42,520 bases of DNA, taken from positions 1 through 42,520 of the forward strand of contig JBGPMG010000002.1 of NCBI GenBank assembly GCA_041486815.1, given 5' to 3'. Made by a program: the position numbers and the translations under genes. The notes beneath the pieces were generated by a model. That model worked only from the letters and a program-made list of their open reading frames with translations. It was not told the DNA's origin and searched no databases. This DNA comes from Candidatus Eiseniibacteriota bacterium (GTDB lineage Bacteria > Eisenbacteria > RBG-16-71-46 > SZUA-252). This document shows, piece after piece, positions 8,957 to 18,563 of the stretch; position 1 is the first letter of the stretch; the number at the start of each line of letters is the position of its first letter.

Positions 8957-9928
8957 TCACGCGTTCACGTATCGGGGGTGGCTGGGATCGGGGATGGCGC
9001 CGGATCGAAGCGCCCGCGCCACCTCTTCGATACCCTCTCCGACGCGTTTCGTGGCCCGGAAGCCCCAGAGCTGCTCGATCCGGTCGAACGAGACGCGGTA
9101 GGTCCGTGGGTCGGTGGCCTCGGGAACGATCGAAACGCGGACGCCGGGAATTCGCGTCTCCAATTCTTCCTTGAGGTCGCGAAGCTGGTAGTTCTCGAGG
9201 TTGTCCCCGACGTTGAGAATCGGCGCGCCCTCCGGCAGCGGTGCCGACATCGCCATGACGAGCGCTCGGACGATGTCCTGGACGTGCACGAACGGACGCC
9301 ACTGGGTTCCGCCGAAGATCGACACCTCCCCGGCGCTCACGGCGCGGAGGGTGAGCAGATTGACGACAAGGTCGAATCGCATCCGGGGCGAGAGCCCATA
9401 GACGGTACCGAAGCGGAGGATGATCGGCTCGAACTGCTCGAGCCCCACCGTCTCCAAGAGACCCTGCTCAGCGTTCCATCGGGTTTCGGCGTATAGGGAG
9501 AGCGGCCGCACGGGAGATTGCTCCGTCAATACCTCGTCGCGGCCCTCCCCGTAGACGCTGCACGTGGAAGCGAAGACAAAACGTCGCACCCCGCGCGCCG
9601 CGGCGCTCCGCGCGAGCGCCACCGTGGCCGTCCAGTTGGTCTGAACCGCGAGCTCCTCGTCCTGCGCGCACGCCTTGTCGCCCACGATCGCGGCGAGGTG
9701 GATCACCGTCGCGACATCCTGGAGCGCGTCGCCGTGCGCGCGCGGATCACGGAGATCGCGCTGGATCACCTCGAGGTTCCCCTCCTGGCCCAGCTCCGCG
9801 AGCCCGTGCGCGCCGTGGATCATCCGGTCGACGACCCGGACCCGTTCTCCCTGCGCGAGGAGCAATCGGACGAGGATCGATCCGATGTAGCCCGCCCCGC
9901 CTGTGACCAGAATCGGCGCCTGGCTCAA
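8957..9928 (-). CDS. NAD-dependent epimerase/dehydratase (extended SDR, UDP-sugar epimerase-like)
   Basis: ILVTGGAGYIGSILVRLL is the Rossmann motif; FVFASTCSVYG and YAETRW are the catalytic Ser and YxxxK-type region. The track ORF runs to 10006. I prefer TTG 9928, which overlaps the methyltransferase stop as TTGA and removes a P/R/G-rich extension. Confidence 0.8.
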   Translation of the reverse strand: MSQAPILVTGGAGYIGSILVRLLLAQGERVRVVDRMIHGAHGLAELGQEGNLEVIQRDLRDPRAHGDALQDVATVIHLAAIVGDKACAQDEELAVQTNWTATVALARSAAARGVRRFVFASTCSVYGEGRDEVLTEQSPVRPLSLYAETRWNAEQGLLETVGLEQFEPIILRFGTVYGLSPRMRFDLVVNLLTLRAVSAGEVSIFGGTQWRPFVHVQDIVRALVMAMSAPLPEGAPILNVGDNLENYQLRDLKEELETRIPGVRVSIVPEATDPRTYRVSFDRIEQLWGFRATKRVGEGIEEVARALRSGAIPDPSHPRYVNA

Positions 9929-10767
9929 CGCCGCACGAGGAGGTAGAGGTGGTGGTCGGCCGCCGCGCGCGGGAGCGGTCCGACCGGGCGAACCGCGCGG
10001 TCCCACGCCGCCGCCCGCTCGAAGAAGGGGCGAAGCTTGGGATCCCGGCGGGACGATTCCGGAAGCGCGCGTGCCGCGTGGCGCTGCAGGGAGTAGAACA
10101 GGTTCGAGCCGAGAATCTCCCGATCGAACGCGCCGGCGGCCTCTGCGAGGACGGCCTCTTCGGAGACCACCGCGCAGTAGTAGCCGCTCTCGCGTTGGAG
10201 CCCGTCCCGATACGGGTTGTCGCTCGAATCTTGAAGAAAACGGCTCTCCGGGTTGTTGAGGACCAGCGCGAGGAGCCCTCCCTCACGAAGCACGCGCGCC
10301 GATTCCTTGAGCGTCGCCTGCTGTGTGGCGCGTGGCAGGTGTTCGAGAAGGCCGAGGCAGATCACGAGGGAGAACGCTCCTCTTCGAAACGGGAGGCTGT
10401 CCGATCGAAGGCGGGCCGGATCCACGTTCCGGGCGCCTCGACGCGCGGCGTTCCGCCGCAGCCGATCGAGCATCCCGGGCGCCAGATCGCCGCACGCGAG
10501 ACGGCGCAGGCGGGGCGCCACGCGCACCGCCACACGCCCGACCCCGGCGCCGAGGTCGAGCCCGTACTCGCCGAGCCGCTCGCCGATCGCGTCGAGGAGG
10601 AGTCCGGTCTCCCACGCGTCGTACGCCTCGTTCACGGCCGGAGGCTCGCCGAGGCTCAAGACGGCGGCGAGCTCATCCCCGTCCGCGTGCCTCGGGCCGC
10701 TCCAGTACGACGCGGCGAGCGCGGGATCGTATCCCCCTTCCGTCGCGTCGATCACGGCCGCGCCCAC
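9925..10767 (-). CDS. Class I SAM-dependent methyltransferase
   Basis: Motif I LDLGAGVGRVA, followed by FSLVICLGLLEHL (post-II/III region) and the REGGLLALV motif. Substrate unknown. Confidence 0.75.
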   Translation of the reverse strand: MGAAVIDATEGGYDPALAASYWSGPRHADGDELAAVLSLGEPPAVNEAYDAWETGLLLDAIGERLGEYGLDLGAGVGRVAVRVAPRLRRLACGDLAPGMLDRLRRNAARRGARNVDPARLRSDSLPFRRGAFSLVICLGLLEHLPRATQQATLKESARVLREGGLLALVLNNPESRFLQDSSDNPYRDGLQRESGYYCAVVSEEAVLAEAAGAFDREILGSNLFYSLQRHAARALPESSRRDPKLRPFFERAAAWDRAVRPVGPLPRAAADHHLYLLVRR

Positions 10768-10874
10768 GCGCCCCTCTGGACGATCGAGGCGCGCGTCCCT
10801 ACAATGGGGCCCGTGATGACAGGCGCGATCCCACCGGATCCGCGCAATCCCAGATCGATTCCGGAGGGAATCCC

Positions 10875-11099
10875 ATGCCCGAACCCGCCGAGCTCGTCAG
10901 CAATCCCGCGGTCGAGTGCATTCGATGTGCGAAGCTGTTCGGCCCAACCCAAATCCTTCACCTCCGCGAGGATCCCCGCCGCTCCTACGTGCGGTGCCAG
11001 CACTGCGGCGCCAAGAACGAAGTCAAGGCAGAGGATCGGTTCACCATCCGCCTCGTGGGCATCATCCCGGAACCACCAGCCGCGAGAGCCGGCACCTAG
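10875..11099 (+). CDS. Small zinc-ribbon-like protein (74 aa)
   Basis: ATG 10875 lies inside the spurious-looking track ORF 10323-11099. GGAGGG at 10863-10868 sits 6 nt upstream. The product MPEPAELVSNPAVECIRCAKLF..SYVRCQHCGAKNEV carries two CxxC pairs 25 residues apart. It is divergent from the methyltransferase gene. Confidence 0.5.
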   Translation: MPEPAELVSNPAVECIRCAKLFGPTQILHLREDPRRSYVRCQHCGAKNEVKAEDRFTIRLVGIIPEPPAARAGT

Positions 11100-11125
11100 C
11101 GCCGCGGCCAGCAAACCGAGTCCAA

Positions 11126-11165
11126 GGAAATAAGAAGGGTCCCCTCCCTCTCGGGAAGGGGACCC
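11126..11165 (-). terminator. Rho-independent terminator after tRNA-Leu
   Basis: On the minus strand, directly 3' of the tRNA, the hairpin GGGTCCCCTTCCC-GAGA-GGGAGGGGACCC (12-13 bp, one bulge; plus-strand 11137-11165) is followed by CTTCTTATTTCC. Confidence 0.7.
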
Positions 11166-11168
11166 ACG

Positions 11169-11254
<86 letters not shown>

Positions 11255-11268
11255 AGGTCGAGTTCGAG

Positions 11269-11793
11269 CTACTTCGTGCCGGCCTTCTGGGGCGTCGCGC
11301 CGCCCTGAGGCGCGGAGGTCGCGCCGCCCTGAGGCGCGGGCGCCGAGGGCACCTGCGCCGGCGCGCTTCCCGGCGCCGGCATCGCAGCGCCAGGAGCCGT
11401 GGTCCCGGGCGCGGTGCTTCCGGGAGCCATCGCGCCAGGAGCCGTGGATCCAGGCGCCGTTCCGCCCGGCGAGCCCTGCTCCGCCGTCCCTCTCTGTTCC
11501 GCCCGGCGCTTCGCTTCCTCAATCATCAAGCTACGCCCGGCCGTCGCGTTCTGACGCGTCGACGCGAGGCCGAGCGTGAGTGAGGTCACGAAGAACACGA
11601 CCGCCAACGCCGTCGAGGCGCGCGTTAGGAAGGTCGCCGCTCCCCTTCCACCAAAAAGGGTCTGGCTCGATCCCGCGCCGAACGCGCCGGCAAGTCCGCC
11701 TCCCTTGCCCGACTGGAGCAGGATCGAAACAACCAACGCGACGCACGAGAAGATGTGGACTACCGAGATCATCGCGATCATGAAGCTGGACAT
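11269..11793 (-). CDS. secG: Preprotein translocase subunit SecG with a ~95-aa Pro/Ala/Gly-rich repetitive C-terminal tail
   Basis: The N-terminal ~78 aa (VVHIFSCVALVVSILLQSGKGGGLAGAFGAGSSQTLFGGRGAATFLTRASTALAVVFFVTSL) form the canonical two-TM SecG with its glycine-rich loop. Its position after tpiA is typical. The tail is TAPGSTAPGAMAPGSTAPGTTAPG..APQGGATSAPQGGAT. Confidence 0.88.
   Translation of the reverse strand: MSSFMIAMISVVHIFSCVALVVSILLQSGKGGGLAGAFGAGSSQTLFGGRGAATFLTRASTALAVVFFVTSLTLGLASTRQNATAGRSLMIEEAKRRAEQRGTAEQGSPGGTAPGSTAPGAMAPGSTAPGTTAPGAAMPAPGSAPAQVPSAPAPQGGATSAPQGGATPQKAGTK
11294..11447. repeat. Short in-frame tandem and dispersed repeats inside the secG tail
   Basis: gtcgcgccgccctgaggcgcgg occurs at 11294-11315 and again at 11318-11339 (24-nt period, encoding APQGGATS x2). 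gcgccaggagccgtgg occurs at 11387-11402 and 11432-11447 (45-nt period). Confidence 0.8.
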
Positions 11794-11862
11794 TCGCTTG
11801 CCTCCGACAAAATCCCTGAAGAAGGGCCAGTCAGCGAAGATACCACGGCGTCCCAGGAACGG

Positions 11863-12654
11863 TCAATCGGGGCTCCCCGATGCTCTCCCGGTGCTCCCGG
11901 CCGCCGCGGCCACCAAAGCGCCCGCGATCGAGAGAAACGCGGGTGCGTTCAGGGACGCCCCGCCCACGAGGAATCCGTCGACTTCCTGGAGTGCCGCGAG
12001 CGGCGCGGCGTTCTTCGGATCCACGCTGCCGCCGTAGAGGACCGGCGTGGAGGCTCCCGAGCCTGACCGTCCCAACGCTTGAAGCTCCGCCTGAACCCAG
12101 CCGTGTGACTCCGCTACCTGGTCGGGCGTCGCCACGACGCCCGTGCCGATCGCCCAGACCGGCTCGTAGGCCACGAGGAGCTGCGCCCGAGGAGGCGCCC
12201 CCTCCAGGGCCCGTGCCAGCTGCCGGGCGAGCACTTCCTGGGTTTCCCGGCGTTCGCGCTCCGCCAAGGTCTCGCCGACGCACAGAATCGGCGTAAGGCC
12301 CGCCCTCCAGGCGGCGCCGAGCTTGGCGCGCGCGATGAGATCGTTTTCGCAGAAGAGCCGCCGCCTTTCCGAATGACCCACCAGGACGTATTCGGCGCCC
12401 GCGTCGCGAGCCTGCTCCGCGGAAACCTCGCCGGTGAAGGCGCCGCGGGGCTCGGAGTGGCAGTTCTGGGAGCCGAGGGCCGGCTCCGCGCCGGCCCGGC
12501 CCTCGGCCAGCGCCGTCAGCGACGTGAAGGGTGGGAACACGATCATGGTCACGCCGGGATGAAGCTTTCGAGCGTCCGCGACGGCGGCGTAGAGTGTCCT
12601 CGCCTCGGCCACGGTGAGGTTCATCTTCCAGTTCGCCGCGAGAATCCGGCTCAC
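11863..12654 (-). CDS. tpiA: Triosephosphate isomerase
   Basis: ILAANWKMN, VGHSERR and AYEPVWAIGTG are seen. The GTG start overlaps the pgk stop (GTGA at 12651-12654). Confidence 0.95.
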   Translation of the reverse strand: MSRILAANWKMNLTVAEARTLYAAVADARKLHPGVTMIVFPPFTSLTALAEGRAGAEPALGSQNCHSEPRGAFTGEVSAEQARDAGAEYVLVGHSERRRLFCENDLIARAKLGAAWRAGLTPILCVGETLAERERRETQEVLARQLARALEGAPPRAQLLVAYEPVWAIGTGVVATPDQVAESHGWVQAELQALGRSGSGASTPVLYGGSVDPKNAAPLAALQEVDGFLVGGASLNAPAFLSIAGALVAAAAGSTGRASGSPD

Positions 12655-13862
12655 CGCGTCCTCGCCTTGGCCGAGGCCTCGAGCGCCGCGACGCCGGGGA
12701 GAATCTTCCCCTCGAGGAACTCGAGAGATGCCCCGCCGCCCGTCGAGCAGTGGCTGATCCTCGCTTCCACCCCTGCCGCCTTCACCGCGGCGAGCGAATC
12801 ACCTCCGCCGACGACCGTGAAGGCGCCGCGCTGGGTCGCTTTCGCGACCTCGCGCGCGACTCCGATTGTCCCCTCGGCGTACCGGGGAACCTCGAAAACC
12901 CCCATCGGCCCGTTCCAGAAGATCGTACGCGCATCCGAGATCGCCTCCGCGATCAGGGCAATCGACTCGGGCCCGATGTCCACACCGAGGTGGTCCGCGG
13001 GGATGGCGGTCGCCGCCACGACGCGGCCGGGGTCGCTCCCCGTGATGTCCTGCGCCACGAGGCAGTCCGACGGTAGGAGGATCTTGCGAGCCAGCGCGGG
13101 ATCCGCGAGCAGCTCCTTCGCCACGGAAACCCGATCCTCCTCGACGAGCGAGCGCCCCGTCTCCAACCCTCGCGCGCGGAGGAACGTGAACATCATCCCT
13201 CCCCCGATCACGAGACGATCCACCCGGGGCAATAGATTCCGGAGCACGTCGATCTTGCCTGAGATCTTGGCGCCGCCCAGGATCGCGACGTAGGGTCGGT
13301 CGGGCGCGGCGAGGAGCTTTCCGAGTGCCGTCAGCTCCCGCTCCAGAAGAAATCCCGCGGCCGTATCGGTGAGATAGCCCGTGATCCCTTCGATCGAGGC
13401 GTGAGCGCGGTGTGCCGCGCCGAACGCGTCGTCTACGTACGCCTCCGCGAGCGACGCCAGGCCGCGGCTGAATTCCGGATCGTTCTTCTCCTCCCGCGGA
13501 TCAAATCGGAGATTCTCGAGCAGGAGTACCCCTCCGTCCGGAACGGCGCGCGACGCCGCCTCCGCGGCGGGCCCGACGATCGATTCGGAGAACGCCACCG
13601 ACTGGCGCAAGAACCGCTCGAGCAGATCGCGCACCGGCCGGAGGCTCTGCTTCAGATCGGCCTTCCCCTTCGGCCGGCCGAGGTGGGACGCGATGACGAG
13701 CCGCGCCCCTTTGCCGATCAGGTAGCGGATGGTCGGGAGCGAGGCAACGATCCGGCTGTCGTCGGAGACCTTGCCGTCCGGCCCGAGCGGGACATTGAAG
13801 TCCACGCGGACGAATACGCGCCGACCGGAGACTTCGAGCTCGCTCAAACGGCGGAAGCTCAC
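12651..13862 (-). CDS. pgk: Phosphoglycerate kinase
   Basis: RVFVRVDFNVPL, ASHLGRPKG, ILGGAKISGKI, FWNGPMGVFE and STGGGASLEFLEG are seen. Confidence 0.96.
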   Translation of the reverse strand: MSFRRLSELEVSGRRVFVRVDFNVPLGPDGKVSDDSRIVASLPTIRYLIGKGARLVIASHLGRPKGKADLKQSLRPVRDLLERFLRQSVAFSESIVGPAAEAASRAVPDGGVLLLENLRFDPREEKNDPEFSRGLASLAEAYVDDAFGAAHRAHASIEGITGYLTDTAAGFLLERELTALGKLLAAPDRPYVAILGGAKISGKIDVLRNLLPRVDRLVIGGGMMFTFLRARGLETGRSLVEEDRVSVAKELLADPALARKILLPSDCLVAQDITGSDPGRVVAATAIPADHLGVDIGPESIALIAEAISDARTIFWNGPMGVFEVPRYAEGTIGVAREVAKATQRGAFTVVGGGDSLAAVKAAGVEARISHCSTGGGASLEFLEGKILPGVAALEASAKARTR

Positions 13863-13872
13863 CCGGCGTCTC

Positions 13873-14883
<1,011 letters not shown>

Positions 14884-15921
14884 CTAGCTGAAGAACACCC
14901 GGGCCATCTCGTAGAAGTCCGGCCCGACGGTCTTTAAGGTGCCGACCGCCTCCGCGATCGGCACGTCGACGATCTGAGTCCCCCGGATGGCGACCATGCG
15001 GCCAAAGCCCTTCCGCTCGACCAGGTCGACGGCCGCCACGCCGAATCGGGATCCGAGCACGCGGTCGAACGCGGTCGGCGAGCCGCCCCGCTGGATGTGC
15101 CCCAGGACGCTGTAGCGCGTCTCGTACCCCGTCTTCTCCTCGATCTGCTCCGCCAGGGAAGCTCCAATTCCACCGAGGCGCAGGTGGCCGAACGCATCGC
15201 GCCTCTCCGTCTGGACGTGGAGCGGCTTCCCCGCCTCGTCGGCGAGGAGCGCCCCTTCCGCGACCACGATGATGCTGAAATTCTTGCCCCGCTCGTGGCG
15301 ACGCCAGATGGCGGCACAGATCTCATGGAGCGGCACGGGGAACTCGGGGATCAGGATCATGTCCGCGCCGCCCGCGATCCCGGAGCAGAGCGCGATCCAA
15401 CCGGCGTGGCGGCCCATTACTTCGGCCACCATCACCCGATCGTGCGACTCCGCGGTGGTGTGGAGCCGGTCGATCGCCTCCGTCGCGATGGAGAGGGCGG
15501 TATCGAAGCCAAACGTGTAGTCGGTGCCGTTGACGTCGTTGTCGATCGTCTTCGGCACGCCGACCGCCGGAACGCCGGCGCGGTGAAGCTTCGCGGCCGT
15601 GCCGAGCGTGTCTTCTCCTCCGATCACGACCAGCGCGTCGATCTCGCGCCGCGCCAGGGTTGCCCGGATCCGGCTCTCGCCGTCCGCCTCTTTGTATGGA
15701 TTCGTGCGCGACGTGCCAAGGATCGTGCCGCCCCGCGGGAGAATCCCGGAGACCGACGCGAGGTCGAGCGGCTCGATCTCCTCGAGGAGGAGCCCCCGCC
15801 AGCCGTGGCGGATCCCCGCGACCGACCAGCCGTAGCTCTTGATCGCCCGCTGGACGACGGCCCGTATCACCGCGTTGAGACCCGGGCAATCTCCTCCGCC
15901 CGTCAGGACGCCAATCCGCAT
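14884..15921 (-). CDS. pfk: 6-phosphofructokinase, PfkA family (PPi-type/group III signature)
   Basis: MRIGVLTGGGDCPGLNAVIRAVV, VIGGEDTLG, VPKTIDNDVNGTDYTFGFDTA and EVMGRHAGWIAL are seen. The track ORF starts at TTG 15939. I prefer ATG 15921, which gives the canonical MRIGVLTGGG N-terminus. Confidence 0.9.
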   Translation of the reverse strand: MRIGVLTGGGDCPGLNAVIRAVVQRAIKSYGWSVAGIRHGWRGLLLEEIEPLDLASVSGILPRGGTILGTSRTNPYKEADGESRIRATLARREIDALVVIGGEDTLGTAAKLHRAGVPAVGVPKTIDNDVNGTDYTFGFDTALSIATEAIDRLHTTAESHDRVMVAEVMGRHAGWIALCSGIAGGADMILIPEFPVPLHEICAAIWRRHERGKNFSIIVVAEGALLADEAGKPLHVQTERRDAFGHLRLGGIGASLAEQIEEKTGYETRYSVLGHIQRGGSPTAFDRVLGSRFGVAAVDLVERKGFGRMVAIRGTQIVDVPIAEAVGTLKTVGPDFYEMARVFFS

Positions 15922-15978
15922 CGGCGCTTCAGCCCCCAAACAACTAACTTGTGGAATGACAGAAAGATAGAGCCGGAA

Positions 15979-16008
15979 AGTCTAGGGCGTGCCGGTGCTG
16001 AAAGTCAA
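15979..16008 (-). promoter_or_regulatory. Candidate sigma70-like promoter for the pfk-gap-pgk-tpiA-secG-tRNA unit
   Basis: The minus strand reads TTGACT (16008-16003), an 18-nt spacer, then TAGACT (15984-15979), in the only AT-richer gap upstream of pfk. Sequence pattern only. Confidence 0.35.
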
Positions 16009-16056
16009 GCGCGGCTTTAGGAATCCCGGCGTCAAAGGATGGGGCGCCGGCAGGCG

Positions 16057-17553
16057 TCAGTGGATTCCGGTGGTGGACGAGTACTTGAGCGTGTATTCGC
16101 CGAACCCCTGTGCATCAACGAAGACGAACTTGATTCCCGCGGCGATCTCGTTCATGCCGAATCGCGGAACAAGCTCGCGCCCCCGCATGTCGTAGGTCCA
16201 AATCTCGTAGGCGCGCGAGTCGGCGACACCGGACTTCGTGTCCGTGACTCCCTGCTTTGAGGAGCCCGGGATCTCTTCCCCGAGGGCGTAGCCCAGCGTC
16301 TTCCCCGCGACCGGCACTCGCTCGATCTTGATGTCGTCCGGTTCCCCGTAACGGATGTATACCCGGCCACGGTCGCTGAACATGCCCCTCTCGATGATCG
16401 AGTAGTGGGCGTTGGCGTAGTCGACGCGGCGCCGGAACTCCTCGCGGTTCTCATTGTCTCCGGTATCCGGCGTGGGATCCGCGCCTCTCCAAATCCGCTC
16501 GATCCATCGTTCCTTCTCGCCCATCGGGAGATCGCGGAAGAGCCGCGTCGAGTCCGAGGAGAGCAAGGTCGCGGCCGTCACGTCGTAGAGGTCGACCGCG
16601 TCCGCGTTCCACGAATCCAGAGACCAGAGAAGATCGAACCCGCCTTGGCTCCGGGCCAGGTCGCGGCCGGCCCCATCCTCGAGCGCCAGGACCATCTTGT
16701 AGTGCCCGGCCGGGTACTGCGTCATGTCGACTCCCATCGCGTGGGGCCACGCGGTGCCCTCGGAGATCCGCAACGAATCGAGGCTTGTGAACACCGTGTC
16801 CCCCGCCGCGTTCAAGATTCGAGCCGCGAGCATGTAGATCCGCCCTTCCGGCGGCGGAGGGGAGTCGTAGAGTTCGTAGTAGACCGAAACCGCGTCCTGG
16901 AAGTGGCCGAAATAGGCGCTCGGGTGGGGCATGACATCGTACGGCCCTTTGTGGAACGGGCTCCCCTCGACCCCTTCGCCGACCTCCCAGGCGAACTCGA
17001 GGCCGCTCAAGGCGGGATCGCGGAAGAGCCAATCCTGCATGTCGACCGTACCGTTGACTTCTCCCTGCTGCTTCTGATTCTTCATCTTGTAGACGAGCCC
17101 CTGGCGCGCCATGTTCATGTCTTCCACCAGAACCCGGTAGGTGTATTTCCCCGGCGGCGCCACCAGGCCCAGCGAGTAGACCTCGCCCAGCAGCGAGTCG
17201 GTCGTCGCGGCGAGATCGGTGCTTTGAAGCACGGCCTCCCGCTGGAGGAAACCCGCCCTCTTGCCCCCTGCGCTCCACATCTGAACGGTCAGACGGAGCC
17301 TTGCGGAGTAGCGATCTCCCTCGGGGATGAAATGAATCTCTTGGTAGGGAATCCGAATCGAGAACTCGGCGCGCCCCTCGCGGGCTCCCTGACGGAACGG
17401 AACCGCGTTGGCGTGAAATCGAAGGTCTCCCACCGAGGTGGCGGGATCTCCGATCGGTTGCTCGTGGGCTCCCAGGGTCCCGACCGCAAGCACCATGACC
17501 AGCCCCGCACGAGCCAGCGAGGCGATCAGGCGGCCGGGTCGAGTGCGCCTCAC
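16057..17553 (-). CDS. GWxTD-domain-containing secreted protein
   Basis: Signal peptide RLIASLARAGLVMVLAVGTLGA. The C-terminal region RIWRGADPTPDTGDNENREEFRRRVDYANAHYS..GMFSDRGRVYIRYGEPDDIKIE..YEIWTY fits the GWxTD-domain pattern (TIGR04514-like) as I remember it, with GWxTD degenerated to GMFSD. GTG start lies 17 nt after the porV stop. Confidence 0.7.
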   Translation of the reverse strand: MRRTRPGRLIASLARAGLVMVLAVGTLGAHEQPIGDPATSVGDLRFHANAVPFRQGAREGRAEFSIRIPYQEIHFIPEGDRYSARLRLTVQMWSAGGKRAGFLQREAVLQSTDLAATTDSLLGEVYSLGLVAPPGKYTYRVLVEDMNMARQGLVYKMKNQKQQGEVNGTVDMQDWLFRDPALSGLEFAWEVGEGVEGSPFHKGPYDVMPHPSAYFGHFQDAVSVYYELYDSPPPPEGRIYMLAARILNAAGDTVFTSLDSLRISEGTAWPHAMGVDMTQYPAGHYKMVLALEDGAGRDLARSQGGFDLLWSLDSWNADAVDLYDVTAATLLSSDSTRLFRDLPMGEKERWIERIWRGADPTPDTGDNENREEFRRRVDYANAHYSIIERGMFSDRGRVYIRYGEPDDIKIERVPVAGKTLGYALGEEIPGSSKQGVTDTKSGVADSRAYEIWTYDMRGRELVPRFGMNEIAAGIKFVFVDAQGFGEYTLKYSSTTGIH

Positions 17554-17570
17554 GGCGCCCGAATCCTGGA

Positions 17571-18563
17571 TTAGAAGCTCACGTTGAGCGAAACGTGATG
17601 CGCGTCCGAAAGAAACTTCAGATCCTGGTACGCGTAGTCGAGTCTCGCCACGGAGGACTTGATGACAGTCAGCGGGAACTTCACCCCAAATCCGGCGGTG
17701 AGCCCCTCGGTGTCGTAGTTCAATTTGTAGCCCCCGCGAAGGAACAGGTAATCGTGGAAGCCGTATTCCGCGCCCATGTTCAGCTTCTCCGAGTTGTCCG
17801 GCGGGTGCGTGAACTCGGCGGTCGTGATCAGCCGGCTCTCTCCCTGCTGGAACAACATCGCGGAGCCTCCCACCCGGAAGAAGACCGGCATCTTGACCTT
17901 CTCGTCGATGAACGTCATGTCGTTGCCGACGTTCTGGATCGCCATCCCGATCTTGGCGCCCAAGACCCCGATCTCGTAGAGCGTCCCGAAATCGAACGTC
18001 ACGGACTTCCCTTTGACGTCGTCGAGGCCCGTCTGTACGTAGTTGAGATTGAAGCCGGCGGAGAATTTATCTGTGAGGGCCCGGGCGTACGAGAGACCGT
18101 ACGTCCACTCGCCGGCGTCAAAGGTTTCGCCGGTCCCATCGGGCAGATATGTCGTCCGAACGATGTCTCGGCTCATCGTGAGCGCCCGGACGTTCACGCC
18201 GATCATCCCCGGGATCCACTTGATCGAGAAGACGTATCCCGCCTGGTCGAAGATGATGTCCGCGGGCCAAGCCGTGTGATTCAGCGTGATCGTCTGGCCC
18301 GAGAGTCGGGCGATCCCGGCCGGATTCCAGAAGACCGCGGTCGCATCGTCCGCGATGGCGACATAGGCGTCGCCCATGGCGTTTGCTCGCGCGCCGACCC
18401 CCATCTTGAGCGACTGCCCCCCCAACGTGCCGACCTTTTCAAATATCTGCGCCGCCTCGGCCGGGAGTGGGAGTGACAGGCAGACGGCGATCACGATCGC
18501 GATTCTCACGAAGTTCCTCCTTAGATTTCCCACGAGCCGGTGGACTGTTCCGGCCGGTCTCAT
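17571..18563 (-). CDS. porV: PorV/PorQ-family outer-membrane beta-barrel (type IX secretion shuttle-like)
   Basis: GARANAMGDAYVAIADDATAVFWNPAGIA is the signature N-terminal strand region of the PorV/PorQ family. Alternating beta-strand pattern throughout, ending in ..HVSLNVSF (aromatic terminus). The track ORF starts at 18668. I place the start at ATG 18563, which overlaps the upstream stop as ATGA and gives the signal peptide MRPAGT..IAIVIAVCLSLPLPAEA. Confidence 0.82.
   Translation of the reverse strand: MRPAGTVHRLVGNLRRNFVRIAIVIAVCLSLPLPAEAAQIFEKVGTLGGQSLKMGVGARANAMGDAYVAIADDATAVFWNPAGIARLSGQTITLNHTAWPADIIFDQAGYVFSIKWIPGMIGVNVRALTMSRDIVRTTYLPDGTGETFDAGEWTYGLSYARALTDKFSAGFNLNYVQTGLDDVKGKSVTFDFGTLYEIGVLGAKIGMAIQNVGNDMTFIDEKVKMPVFFRVGGSAMLFQQGESRLITTAEFTHPPDNSEKLNMGAEYGFHDYLFLRGGYKLNYDTEGLTAGFGVKFPLTVIKSSVARLDYAYQDLKFLSDAHHVSLNVSF

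Noticed and set aside
11269-11520. Tandem repeats considered as a CRISPR array, VNTR or mobile-element end
   Set aside because: The repeats are 16-24 nt, in frame, lie inside the secG ORF and encode a low-complexity peptide. There is no spacer architecture and there are no flanking cas or transposase genes.
16021-16056. Possible terminator hairpin (ccggcg-N13-cgccgg) after the GWxTD gene
   Set aside because: It has only a 6-bp stem with a large loop and no U-tract. This is indistinguishable from chance in GC-rich sequence.
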